Assembly (NCBI GenBank): GCA_964016885.1
Contig: OZ024742.1
Location: forward strand, 159,650,001-159,714,000
Source: Eledone cirrhosa
Lineage: Eukaryota
DNA length: 64,000 nt
Reading direction: 5' to 3'
Below the pieces are notes generated by a model. That model was not told the origin of the DNA. It ran no database searches and was given only the letters and a program-made list of their open reading frames with translations. This document shows positions 51,751 through 64,000 of the stretch, piece after piece. A program made the position numbers and the translations under genes. Positions within the stretch are counted from its first letter, which is position 1, and each line of letters opens with the position of its first letter.

Positions 51751-52407
51751 ACATCATAACTACCTTTCCCTTGTCCTTTGAAATCAATAATGCTGATCAC
51801 CCATTTATGAATATTTATGATCACAACAAGTCTCAGCAGTTATTTATTATATCAGCAGTTATTTATTATATAATTTTATAATTTCGTTCATTTTACTCAA
51901 ATTTTCAAATAATTTTAATCCTTCTTTGGTTAGTTTAAGTCAGATATCTTTTACATCCTAATAGAGAAAGATGTAAAGGTTATAGAGAAAAGATAAAATG
52001 CAATAAAATTTATAAATTTCTTATTGGAGAAATTAACAAAAGTTTTTGCATAAAATCATGATCGAAGGTTTTTAGATAAATACAACCATTTTAAAACAAA
52101 CAATTTTGTATTGCAGAACCAGGGCAATCTCAGGTTGTTTGGCATCAAAAAGGTTAATGAAATGTTTTTCACGGAATTTACTAAAATTATTTATAAGTTC
52201 ATTATTAAGATAGTAATGTAACATATAGTTCTTATATAAAATCATATTGGAAGATTTTAATTCAAATATGGACATTTAAAAATTGGTAGTTTTGTTTCAT
52301 AGAAACAGTTGGTATCGCTGGATTGGTATCAAAAGGTTAGATATCCCTTCCCCCATCCTGAAACTAGCAGGTGTAACATAGCAGTTTTTAGTTATCATCA
52401 GATTAAA

Positions 52408-52580
52408 TAATTGTTTCTACTTTTCGCACAAAGCCAGAAATTACTCCAGTGTATTTATTTTATCGACCCCATAAGGATGAAAGGCAAAGTTAACCACGGC
52501 AAGATTTGAACTCAGATCATAAAGGACCGTAACTCTATGCTGCAAAGCATGGTCTCCGACCCTCTATCGATACTGCCAAT
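52408..52580 (-). mobile_element. SINE family 1
   Basis: Core and tail present. Confidence 0.8.
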
Positions 52581-52880
52581 AATGAAGAAAGATTTTGTTA
52601 TATATTTCTGAGTCCCTTGAAGTCTTATTATGACATCTTGTCATATATATTATTTATTTATATATCAGTTGTAATTGTCATCTGAGTTCTGAATTTCATA
52701 AGAACATTGTTTTTTGTTACCCTGCCACACTTCCTCTTTTGATCATATATTTTTTATTTGATATTGTAATTGTTGAACATTAACATCATTAGTTACAAGG
52801 GTCTGATTTGCTTATCACTGATTCATCGCATCTCCTATGGTAAGAGTGTAGTTTGGTGTAAACAGGATCAGCACAGCCAT

Positions 52881-53107
52881 TAACCCTTTAGCATTTACAT
52901 TACTCTGTATTTACCATTATATTTTTGCAGTAAAGGATTTACCTCACATAATTATCTTACATAATATCGAATCTATGAGATTTTGATATTATTTATTTTG
53001 AGAACAATACCTAAATGTTGGTATGAGTGGCTGGTTACAGCCGGTTTGAATAGAAAGAGGTGAGAGAATTCTGGCTGTATATGGCTGGTTTAAATGCTAA
53101 ATAGTTA
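52881..53107 (-). mobile_element. piggyBac-type MITE
   Basis: ttaaccctttagca start; reverse complement of 45986-46207. Confidence 0.75.
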
Positions 53108-54899
53108 TGGCCAACTAGGTAGCCACCTAGGATGTAGACTTTAGAGAGATGCATAACTGAATCTTAAAGGCTCACAGTTTTATGCAAATTTGTTTAATTA
53201 ACAGTCTGCAACAGATTTGAGGGTACTAATGAAACTTGTTAAAAAAATTAACACAGCCTCTGATGTTACATGATATGCTTAAAACTGAAAGTGAAATATT
53301 AGTCAGAACTTTGCGGTGAATTCCATCCATTTGCGGGTTGTTTCGGGCCTAAGCAATGGGATGTGGGAAAAATTCAAAAGTACTCTCGATACTGTCGTGG
53401 ACTGTAAATTGAATATATAATAAGCTTCTGAGATCAATAAATTAATCACTAAACATTTTTGCCATGTTGAAATGTTGTAGAAAGGGTTGTATGATGTTAT
53501 AATATGTAACAATGGTTTAGCATGGTTGAAGGTAGATTGTGTGGTGGAAATTGCTGGTTTAGTAATTTTCTTAGTGTGACCAGAGAAAGTAGCATCAAAA
53601 CCTAGGTTTGTCAACTTACCAAACTAAATGAAAGCCAATTTTATTTGTGAGAATGGGGTTGCATAAATGGGAGACGGTAGCTCACATTGTAGAGCAAGCC
53701 TAAGGTACTAAATATCCAGTTGCTGGCTCTGGATGTAGAGCAAATATCAATAGGGGACTTTATTCAAAGAACACTATCATATATATGCATATACATGTGT
53801 GTGTGTGTGATATCAGATCACATGATATAGATAATGATCATACATATTTTACATAAAACTATGATGGGTTTAATGGGTTTTCATATTTGACATAATCACA
53901 CAAACATGTATATGCATATATATATATAAAAAATAATAATAATGAAATTATTGTGTAAAGTGCTCAGGTGCATGTATAGTACATAGAATAATATACAGAT
54001 GTCAGGGAAGTGAATATATGTAAAGATTTAGTTCAGTACTACAACAATGCTATACCAGGTGTCTATGTTTCATTGATCGTCTGATGATTAACTTGTTCAA
54101 CCTGTGCTGATGAAAATATGGGCACAGGTTGAACAAGTTGATCATCATATGATCAAAGAAACATGTGTATCTGGTAAGGTGCTGTAGTACTGATCTAAAT
54201 TTTTATATTTAAACTCGCACTATGGATTTGAGTTGCCCTACACCTTGGATTTTATTTTTACCAAATATATATATATATAAATTACACAATAATCAAAGCT
54301 ATGTTCAAATAATTTTATTGCTGACAATCGTTTCTTCCAAAGTTTTGTATGGAATCATCGGAGCACTAGCAATGTTTGTACATATAATTAACCTCCTATT
54401 CAACTGAACAATCATATAGATACATGGATATTAATGTTGTCAACAACAGTTTTGTATTTACAGAGTGGAATGGATGCAACATAGATTTCAAGAGAATTGT
54501 ACAATAATTAAAATTAAAAATTAAAAGATTAAAAAGGCACAGAGTGGAATGCATGCGACATTGATTACAAGGGAATAGTATAATAATTAAAGAGGCATTA
54601 AGGTAGAAAGTTACTCGTAAAACGAGGACACTAGCAGTACATATGCAAGTGTATAAAGAGTGCAAATGCGTTAGGCATATACAGGAAGGAAACAAGCAAT
54701 GGTACTAGGCATATATAATTACTGCATGGCAAAGGTATCACATAAAATAACATATGTTTACAAGCATATCAGGCAGGCAAAGATGTTTGTGTATTAAAAT
54801 TATGGGTTTATGGTGGATGTAGTGTGACAGTTGTTTCTGTAATGTTCAAATATGTATGTGCTGAGAGTATCAATGTTATTGCTATCTTTTCCATCACAT

Positions 54900-56099
54900 T
54901 GGCTATATTTTATTTTAGTGAATGTTTTTAATCAGTTACAGCCATCGATTGTACACCGGTCCTATTATATTGTTATCGGGGGTTCGAATTGTTGTGAAGT
55001 GATTCTTCTAACGGTTTAATTTCCAGAAGTGAGTTTGAGATCTATATTAAGGGGAGGTAACTAGCAATTAAATTGTATATGATAGAAGAAATTAGAAAAA
55101 ATGGGGAAAATGTATAGTTGTTTACAGCTCCAATTAGTTAAATTCTTTGTGTTGATATACATTATATTGTGTTATAGGTGAATCCCTTTTATATAATGCT
55201 ATTTGTTTATATTTAATTTTAAATACAATCTATTTTCCTATAATACATTAAAGGTCTCATTATATTGTTACTTATACTTTATTCAGTAATGGATAGATAA
55301 GCTATAGGAAAAAATGTATAGTTGTTTTCAGGTCCAATTAGTTAAAACTCTTGTGTTATTAATATACATTATATTATGTTATAAGTGAATCCCTTATATA
55401 TACTTCTATTAATTTATATATTTAATTATAAATATAATTTATTTTCCTATAATACATTAAGTGTCTCATCATATTATTATCTATCCATTACTGACTATAA
55501 TATAAGCAAGCTATAGTGGTTATATTAAATGGTGTTAACTTTATGTTTATTCCTAATAGTTATTGTATAGTATAAAGTTTGAGATAAAAAGGAGTTAGGT
55601 AGAGGGATGAGCTGATCATAGAGTGTGATGTTGTGGGGGTACTTATATGCTGATAAGACCTAGAGGTGAAGTGTTAATGGTGGTGAGGAATTCAGATCTG
55701 ACATTGTTATATACTAGCAGCTAGGTTTAAAGCTATGGAAAGAGTGTCGGTGGTAGTGCTGACACATGGAAAAAAACCTCTGATTTTCTATTTAGGAGGT
55801 CTAGTTTAGAATAGATTATAGTGCGGGTCTCTAGAAGACAGAGGTTACATAATTTATTCGGTGGTTTATATATATATATATAGTGGTAGAATACTGGAAG
55901 GTAATATCCATAGTGGTAGAGCACTCAGTCCATGAGACAAGTTAGGTAGAAGTGGTTACACAACAGTTAGTTCACCATACCAAGAACAATTGTTTCACCT
56001 TAGGGATCCTCAGCTCGTAATGGACCATTATGAGCTGAGGATCCACTAAGGTGAAACAATTGTTCTCGGTATGGTGAACTAACTGTTGTGTAACCACTT
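54900..56099 (-). mobile_element. Naiad-type PLE remnant: endonuclease C-terminus, 3' UTR with internal duplication, palindromic hammerhead end
   Basis: KLCNLCLLETRTII..LLNRKSE (55760-55865); palindrome 55950-56099 abutting (TA)n. Confidence 0.7.
56032..56067 (+). ncRNA. Minimal type I hammerhead ribozyme motif (PLE type); mirror copy on minus at ~55982-56016
   Basis: gag-CTGAGGA-tccactaaggt-GAAAC-aatt-GTT-ctc: complete core, short stem I, palindromic minimal stem III. Confidence 0.6.
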
Positions 56100-56119
56100 A
56101 TATATATATATACATATCA

Positions 56120-56400
56120 TCTTCATCATCACCGTTTTACGTCCATTCTTCCACACTAGCATGGGTTAGACGGGTTGTCCTGTTGTAGGCAATGCTAGGT
56201 CGGGTGACTTTGTCTTGCTAAAATGGGAACTGATTTTGGCTTGATTTCTACAGCTGGATGCCCTTCCTAACACCAACCTCATTTACAGTGAGTGCTGGGT
56301 GCTTTTTTACCGTGGCACCTACATGGCCACTTTATAGTGTGGGCTGAGTGTTTTTTTTTGTGACACCTCCACAACCACTTTGCAGTGGGAGGAGACGGGG
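56120..56400 (-). mobile_element. RTE-tail SINE fragment (family 2 3' part)
   Basis: gctggatgcccttcctaacaccaac segment and (cat)n tail. Confidence 0.7.
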
Positions 56401-56839
56401 TCATATTGTCTACATATTTATGTGTATATATATATATATATATAAGTTAACAAGCTATCGTTTAATGTAATCCAAGTAGAGGTTATGAGTACTCTGTGTC
56501 GAGGATAGTTTTAACGTTCAGCGTTGTTTCACTCAACAAGAAGTTTCCTTGGTCGGGTGGCTGATTTAAGAGAGTTCCTAGGTAACCAGTTCTTGGAAAA
56601 ATAATAGTAAATGAGTGAAGAAGAACGTGGTCAGCTGTACAATAGGGTTTATTTAAAATATTAACAATTGTTTCATTAGTCCAGTGTGTCTAAAAATCGC
56701 TGATCGCTAGAAGCCACGTCACTCGATTTTAATTACAGTCAATACCCGACCAAATTATCAGAATACTGATCTGTGTACATGATACAGTATGCTAGTATTT
56801 ATAGATACATGGGAGAATAACATAAATGAAAACAATAAT

Positions 56840-57342
56840 AATAATGATTTCTAGTATAGGCACAAAGCCAGTAATTTGGAGGGGAAAGTCGATTAAATTG
56901 ACCCTAGTACATTACTAGTGCTTTATTTTTAGCGACCCCGTAAGGATGAAAGACAAAGTTAACCTCGGTGGGATTTGAACTCAGACCGTAAAGGACCGTA
57001 ACTCTATGCTGCAAAGGATGGTGTCTGACTCTCTACTGATACTGCCAATCCACCACCAATCTTAACTATAATAAAGGAAGGTCTGCGGGATAGCGTCCAG
57101 AATATATTTTTTTACCCTGTTTGTAAAATAAGTTGGATTACTTTGAATAAATAATTGTTTCTACTTTTGGCACAAGGCCACCAATTACCCAGTGTATTAC
57201 TGGTACTTTATTTTATCGACCCCGTAAGCATGAAAGGCAAAGTTAACCTCGGCGGGATTTGAATTCAGATTGGAAAGGGCCGTAACTCTATGCTGGAAAG
57301 CATGACGTCCGACCCTCTACCGATACTGCCAATCCACCGCCC
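56840..57342 (-). mobile_element. Two SINE family 1 copies (56840-57058 and 57152-57342)
   Basis: Both have the core; the second has TSD ctttgaataaataat. Confidence 0.88.
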
Positions 57343-57832
57343 TTTGAATAAATAATGAATGAATATTACATAATTTATGTGCTAAATTTCGTGGCTGTTG
57401 ATTTAATATGTTTTATAGCTTATTTAAAGATCTTTAAAATTCAATTCTTTAAAATTATCAAATGTCAACACTTCCGGTTAGCGGCCGTTATATTGTAATA
57501 CTTATAATCGCATATATTTCTGTCGCTAATTTTCTCCTAATGCAGTTTATATATAATGTCTTTGTTTTAATATATCATGGATTACTGATTACAGAAGACA
57601 GTGTAACATAGGCTTTGTTCAATTTCTGTGTATATTGTCAATTACGATTTTATTTGATGTATCATATTTACATGCATATATATTTGTGTATAATATCAAT
57701 ACACACACTACACATGCTAGCAGAAAACCACCCTTAGGGTGGTTTTTCTGCTAGTAATAGTAATAATAATAATAATAATAGTAGTAGTTGTAGTAGTAAT
57801 AGAGGGGTGTGCAGTGATGAGGGATAGAGGCG

Positions 57833-58225
57833 TAAATAAAAAAATGGATCACCCAAATAAATAATAGATCCATCAAATTAAAAATGGATTACCTAAATAA
57901 AAAATGGATCCATCAAATAGAAAAGGGATCCCCCAAATAAAAAACGGTCCTTTCAAATAAAAAGCCCCCCCCCCCCCCCCAATAAAAAATGGACCCCACC
58001 CAAATAAAAAGACGGATACCCTCCCAAATAAAAAAATTGATCCCCTGAATAAAAAATGGAGCCCCTCAAATAAAAAAATGGATCCCCCAAATAAAAACCA
58101 GATCCCCCCCCCCCCAATAAAAAATGAATCTTCCCCAAATAAAAAAAGCCCCACCCAAATAAAAAATTTAACCCCCAAATAAAAAACGGATCCCCCAAAT
58201 AAAAAGCCCCCTCCTCCAACAAAAA
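57833..58225. repeat. ~20-bp minisatellite
   Basis: About 18 units of aaataaaaaatggatccccc. Confidence 0.9.
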
Positions 58226-58283
58226 GCATCAATAACATGTGGGGTGCCGCAGGACACAGTCTTCGAACCATTATTGTTTTTCA

Positions 58284-58474
58284 TGGCGGTGGATTGGCAG
58301 TATCGGTAGAGGCTCGGACGCCATGCTTTCCAGCATAGTTACGTCCCTTTACGATTTGAGTTCAAATCCCGCTGAGGTTGACTTTGCCTTTCATCCTTAC
58401 GGGGTCGATAAAATAAAGTACCAGTAATGCACTGGGTAATTGCTGGCCTTGTGCCTAAAGTAGAAACAATTATT
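58284..58474 (+). mobile_element. SINE family 1
   Basis: Complete head, core and tail; TSD attattgtttttcatggc. Confidence 0.88.
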
Positions 58475-59500
58475 GTTTTTCATGGCTCTCTCAGACATCC
58501 CCTCTGTAGTACATACAACATCCCTCACTAGCTATGCTGATGACACAAAGGTAGCACAGGCAATCAAAAACCCGGCTGATGCTGCCCTTTTACAACAAGA
58601 TCTGGATGCCATATACAAATGGGCTGAGGACAACAACATGCAGTTTATTGCTGGAAAATTTCAAGCCCTACAATACCAACCTGCAAACACAAAGACAATA
58701 CAACACAGCTACACTGGACCAGGAGGGATCAAAATCCCTCTGTTGAAATCGATACGAGACCTGGGGATTGACATGAGTGATGATGCATCTTTTTCTTCAC
58801 ACATCATGAGGGTGGCAACAATGTACAGGCGACTCACTGGCTGGATCTTGAGGACTTTCCAGACAGTAGACCGAGAGACAATGTTGATACTATGGAGGAC
58901 ATATGTCCTAAGCCGTCTGGACTACTGCTCCCAGCTATAGTCACCCCATAGTATCAAACTAACCACAGAGCTTGAGGCAATCCAATGGAGGGACACCAAG
59001 AGGATTTCCATGATGAAGGAGATGAGCTACTAGGAGTGACTAAAAGAACTGAAACTCTACTCCTTGAAGCAAAGAGAGGAGATATACACAGTGATATACA
59101 TATGGAAAATCCTGGAGGGTCTAGCACCAAACTTTGGCATTGAGAGCTGGACCAACCCATGAACAGGACGTCACTGTGTGGTGCCAAAGGTCTCATCTTT
59201 CAAATCTAGAAGAAGGAGCAGATATTGTAATAGCCTGGGGTTCAATGGCCCTCAACTCTTCAACAAGCTGCCAAGAAATTTGAGAGATCTGCATGGTGTG
59301 GACGTGAATGTTTTCAAGAAACATCTTGACACCCTGCTATCCAGGATCCTGAATGAGCCCACAGCATGGTACAAAGGTAACCAAAGGGCAGCAGCAATGA
59401 ACTCCCTCTTACATCAATGGCCAGCCAACACAGGCTGGAAATAGAATGTGTAGCAACAAGGGCGGTGCCTCAGCATGGCCTCAGCTGGATGGCTGGAATA
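58475..59500 (+). mobile_element. CR1-group LINE, 5'-truncated (RT C-terminal half)
   Basis: SYADDTK, LQQDLDAIYKWAEDNNMQF, RDLGI, ILRTF, SRLDYCSQL. Confidence 0.88.
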
Positions 59501-59519
59501 GGTAAGAGTATACATATAT

Positions 59520-62500
59520 CATCATCATCATCATCATCATCAACGTTTAACGTCCGTGTTCCACGCTTGCATGGGTTTGGACGGGGGTTTTCCCACTTGA
59601 GGCAAGAGTGATTGCCTTGCTCGCATAGGACTGTCTGGCAGGTTTTCTACAGTTGGATGCCCTTCCTAACACCAACCACATTTACAGTGTGGGTCTGGGA
59701 GGTTTTTACCGTGTTGCCTACACGGCCACATTACAGCGTGGACTGTGTGTTTTTTTGTCGTGACACCTATACGATCTCATTTGTTTCGGCCTGGATGGTG
59801 TGGCACCAACATAACTTTACATAGAAGGGGGCGGTGTGGATGGGGTGGGGGTGGTGGGATGGGGGTGTATTTTGTTAGAGATGCCTACTGACTGTAGTAG
59901 GTTTTACTTTGTATTTAGGTAAGGCGGGTCTTCTCTATTACTGAGTACCGCCAAAGGTCTCGGTCCAGTGACATTGTCTTGGTGAGGTGTAAGTGTGTGA
60001 GGTCGGAGTTTATCAGCTCGTCCCAGGTTTTTCTGGGTCAGCCTATTCCGTGGCTACCGTCTATCTTTATTGCCCTGCACTTTGTTATACAGCTATCGTC
60101 CTTCATGCACATCACGTGACCATACCAACGTAGCCTTCTCTCTAGTAAACAACATCTGATCCCTCTTATTTCTAAAATTTTCCTTAGTTCGTTTATGCTT
60201 TGTCGTTCACGTATATTACTATTACACATCCAGCGGAGCATGCAAGCTTCGTTTCTCTCTAGTCTGCGTATATCCTCTGCACACAATGCCCAGGTCTCAC
60301 TGCCATGCAACATTGCTGTTCGTATGCAGGCATCGTACAACCTGCCTTTCATTTTTAGGGAGAACCCTTTAGCGGCTAATAGTGGTATAAGCTCTCTGAA
60401 CTTTTTCCACCCAGTTCTGACTCTAGCTACTGTACTTTCAGAGCACCCTCCCCCACTGCTGATTTTGTCACCCAGGTAACAGAAGCTGTCCACTATTTCT
60501 ATAGAACCCTCTGCGCAGTTGAAAGAGCTAGTATTTTGTGGGCACTTGCTGCTACTTATTGCCCCAGAACACCGGCCACATGTAAAATCTACGTTCTTAG
60601 TTAGCTTACCTGTGATCCCACTACATCTTTTATGCACCCAAACTTTGCATTTGGGTCACAAAATGGAATTCCTACCTACGCCTTTCCTACACACTGAGCA
60701 TTGCCACTTCCTGGAGGGGACCGCCGCCTTATTTTCTTTCTTACAAACTAGAACTTTAGTCTTAGCCAGGTTAATTTTAAGGCCTTTTGATTCTAGGCCG
60801 TGCTTCCATGTTTGGAATTTCTTCTCTAGCTCGGCCATTGATTCAGCTATAAGCGTTAGATCATCTGCGTATAGGAGTTCCCATGGGCAGCCGGTCTTGA
60901 ACTCCACTGTTATAGCCTGGAGGGCGATAATAAATAGTAGGGGGCTAAGAACAGAGCCCTGATGAACACCAACTTTTACACTAAACTCTTCACTATATTC
61001 GTTGCTGACTGTTTCTTTATACATGGCTTGTATAGCTCTCACAAGCCATTCATCAACACCTAGTTTTCTAAGAGCCCACCAGATAATGGAACGGGGGACT
61101 CTGTCGAAGGCCTTCTCCAAGTCGACGAAAGCTAAGTATAGGGGTTTACTTTTAGCTAGGTACTTCTCCTGTAGTTGTCGTACAATGAAAAGAGCGTCTG
61201 TGGTACTTTTTCCTGACACAAACCCGAACTGCATTTCATCTAGATCAATTCGCTCTCTGATTAGTTGCGCTATTACTTTTTCCGTGACCTTCATGACCTG
61301 GTCGATTAATTTAATGCCTCTATAGTTACTCCTATCTAGAGCATCTCCTTTACCCTTATAACAGTTAACGATGATGCTGCTACGCCAGTCCTTCGGAACA
61401 ACCCCATTCTGTATGACTTGGTTGACTATCCGGGTGACCATGGTGTGTCCCACCGTACCAGATGCCTTCAGCATCTCGGCAACTATTTCCGAAGGCCCAG
61501 CCGCCTTGCCTGTCTTCATATCTTTGATTGCCTTACTTATTATACTACCCTCGACTAACACTGCTGGTCCCTCTATTGGGTTGATGTGGGGGAGACTGTC
61601 TTTCTCCCATTTATTCTCCTCATTTAGTAGCCTTTCATAGTGACACTTCCAAGCTACCTTCTTATCGGCGTCGGTGATAGCAAGTATGCCGTCATCGTTA
61701 AGTACACACTTCTCCCCGACAATATCACTGTTTTCCTTGACACATTGCCGAGCAATCCTGAACACCTCACGTTTTTGGTCCTCACGTTGTAGAACATGCT
61801 TGAACTTTCTTTCCTCTGCTTCCCTTCTTGCGAGGTACACTTGTCTCCTAGCTTCCCTCCTGGCCACTTGATAGTCTTCTCTGCTTCCCCCATCCCGCCA
61901 TACTTTCCAAGCCTGCTTTTTGGCCTTAATTGACCCCTCCACCTTACTGTTCCACCACCATGTTACTCTCCTCCTGCCTACAGGCCTGCTCCAGCCACAG
62001 ACTTCGTCTGCTGCCGTCAGCAGGTTTGCTTTCAGGAATTCCCACTGTTCCTCTACCTTGTACGTCTCTAATTGCTCTTCCTTACTGTCGAAAGCATCAA
62101 GTAATATGCTTTGGAATTTATTTTTGGCTGTGGGGTCCTTTAGCTTCCATATTTTTCTCCTGAGGATAGTCCTCTTCTGTTGTCTAGTACGTCTCGTCCT
62201 GACTATTAGGTCGCTAATTATCAGTCTATGTTGGGAGGTGCATTCTTCATGGGGGAGGGATTTAGTGTTTACGACAGTCACTTTGTCACGTCTTCTGGTA
62301 AGGATATAATCTACCTGGCTGGTATGTTCCCCTGATCTGTAGGTGATCAAGTGATTGTCTCGTTTTTGAAGTTAGTGTTGCAGATAGTTAGGTTATTTGC
62401 GTCACAGAATTCCAGGATTCTGGAGCCTTCCTCATTTCTAGTACCAAACCCATAGCCACCATGGATTTCGTCGTAGCCGTCACAATGTTGTCCAACGTGA

Positions 62501-63130
62501 CCGTTTAGGTCGCCTGCAATAATTATATAGTCACTGTCGGTTATTTGGGAGGTAGTGAGCATCAGTGTCTCATAGAATCTGTCTTTTATAGTGCTGGGCA
62601 GTCCGGATTGGGGTGCGTACGCGGATATTACTGTCACCGTAGTTCTATTGAGGACAAGTCTTATTTTAATTATTCTGTTGTTCACTCTATTTACGTCTAT
62701 TATCTTATCTGCCCACTTTTCTGCTACCATGATTCCTACTCCACCCAGCCCATTGTCGTTTACCACCCAGAAAAGCTTATAACATCGTTTTCTACCCACA
62801 ATGAATCTAGCAGATCCACCCCTCCACCTGGTCTCTTGAATACAACAAACATCGACCTCCTTACGTTCAAGCATTTCTACAACCTCGTTAGAGCAACCCT
62901 TTAAGGTGCCTACATTCAAGGTACCAAATCTGAAGTTTTGGATTGCGTTTGGGGGGTGGGAAAGGTGGGGAGCGGGGGGAGATGGGGTTATGTTAGCCAT
63001 CCGCGGCCGAAACAAAGAGGCATGCTCGCATTCTCGTCCACGAGGTGTGTTTGTCTTTAACTTTGGCATTGTCGCTGAGCGTCCAGATTTTTCTCTCTTC
63101 AACTCTCCGGAACTCCGTAGTCCTTCCATC
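59520..63130 (-). mobile_element. Near full-length RTE-clade LINE (APE endonuclease plus RT with PHD-like insert); one frameshift and two in-frame TGA stops
   Basis: GTLNVGTL, CIQETRW, SAYAPQ, GDLNGHVG (62347-63129); NYRGIKL, QFGF, FVDLEKAFDRV, HQGSVLSP, LLYADD (60656-62350); RLRWYGHV (60038-60637); (GAT)n tail at ~59520. Confidence 0.95.
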
Positions 63131-63634
63131 CTACATATCGAAGGCGACCAGGTAAGCGATAGTATAGGCCTCTGGCTTATGATTGGTCCACGTAATAATA
63201 ATGGTGGTGCGTGGGGGCGGGAAGGAGGGGTGTTGAGTTGTTAGCGAGAAGGATAGGTTTAAGTGAGATCCCCGTATTTAACGAACGTAAACAAAAATAC
63301 AAAAACTTCCGTATTTTACAAGCATGACAGAAATACAAGAGATTTGTTTTGGAAAATACAGGGGGAAATAGGATGGATGGATGGCTAGTGAGACAAGAAT
63401 TGGAAAGAGGATAGAAAAAATGCTATTGGAAGGACTAAAAATGCTATTGGAAGGACTATGGAATTAGGCGGATGTTAGAAAAGGTAGAAAAATGAGTACA
63501 TTACATTATACCATGAATGAAATTCAGCCACAAGTTTGGCGAAAGTGAATTACTTTGTCTTATATATGTATATGGGTAGAGAGAGAGGGGGGTGGGTAAT
63601 TTGACCGCATGTTGTAGAGTGTGGTGGAGGGGGA

Positions 63635-64000
63635 GAAGTTGGTGTTAGGAAGGGCATCCAGCTGTAGAAATCTAGCCAAAATCAGTTCCTGTATGAGCAA
63701 GACAAGTGGTATTTGAACTCAGAATGTAAAGAGCTGGAACAAATACTGCAAAGCATTCAGTCAGTTACCCTAAGGACTCTGCCAGTCCATCACCCTTGAC
63801 TGGTACTTTATTCATTGACACCAGAAGGATGAAAAGCAAAATTGACTTCTGCAGGATTTGAACTCAGAACACAAGAAACCAGAAGAAATACTGCCGGACA
63901 TTTCAGTCAATGCTCTACCTGGTGAAAAATACATAGCAAAACAATTGAATAAATATTGATTTCTAATTTAGGCTCAAGGCCAAAAAATTGGGCGAAGGGC
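63635..64000. mobile_element. Decayed SINE fragments (families 1 and 2)
   Basis: aggaagggcatccagctgtagaa on plus; ggatgaaaagcaaa..ggatttgaactcag, the family 1 core in reverse orientation. Confidence 0.65.

Noticed and set aside
57716-57754. Small hairpin as a terminator or ncRNA
   Set aside because: An isolated ~18-bp stem with no context; the same applies to the hairpin at ~35447-35491.
60656-60658. In-frame TGA at a PHD cysteine as selenocysteine
   Set aside because: The sister copy has TGT, this copy also has a frameshift (~62350) and a probable CGA-to-TGA stop (60038), and I saw no SECIS. A point mutation is simpler.

Overview
AT-rich animal DNA made almost entirely of transposable elements and microsatellites. 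The SINE, RTE, R4, Tx1 and Penelope content resembles an octopod cephalopod (an inference from repeat content only). No host protein-coding gene can be called with confidence, and most short ORFs in the track are noise. The most structured region is 2952-12435: a gag-less CsRn1/Kabuki-type Ty3/Gypsy element (minus strand, tRNA-Trp PBS, TATA target site duplication, TSD) holding two independent insertions of a ~2.1-2.4 kb non-coding LTR element. That small element has a 32-nt tRNA-Trp complement with a substitution exactly opposite m1A58. One copy integrated with a folded-back end, so it has the same LTR terminus at both ends, flanked by a 4-bp TSD. The rest of the window holds Naiad-type and other Penelope-like elements with hammerhead-like motifs and inverted ends in (TA)n, a near full-length RTE LINE with a PHD-like finger inside its RT, decayed RTE/BovB, R4, CR1 and Tx1 LINEs, over a dozen tRNA-derived SINEs, piggyBac- and hAT-type MITEs, minisatellites and a few candidate micro-exons. 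Coordinates were counted by eye; ends of decayed elements are approximate.
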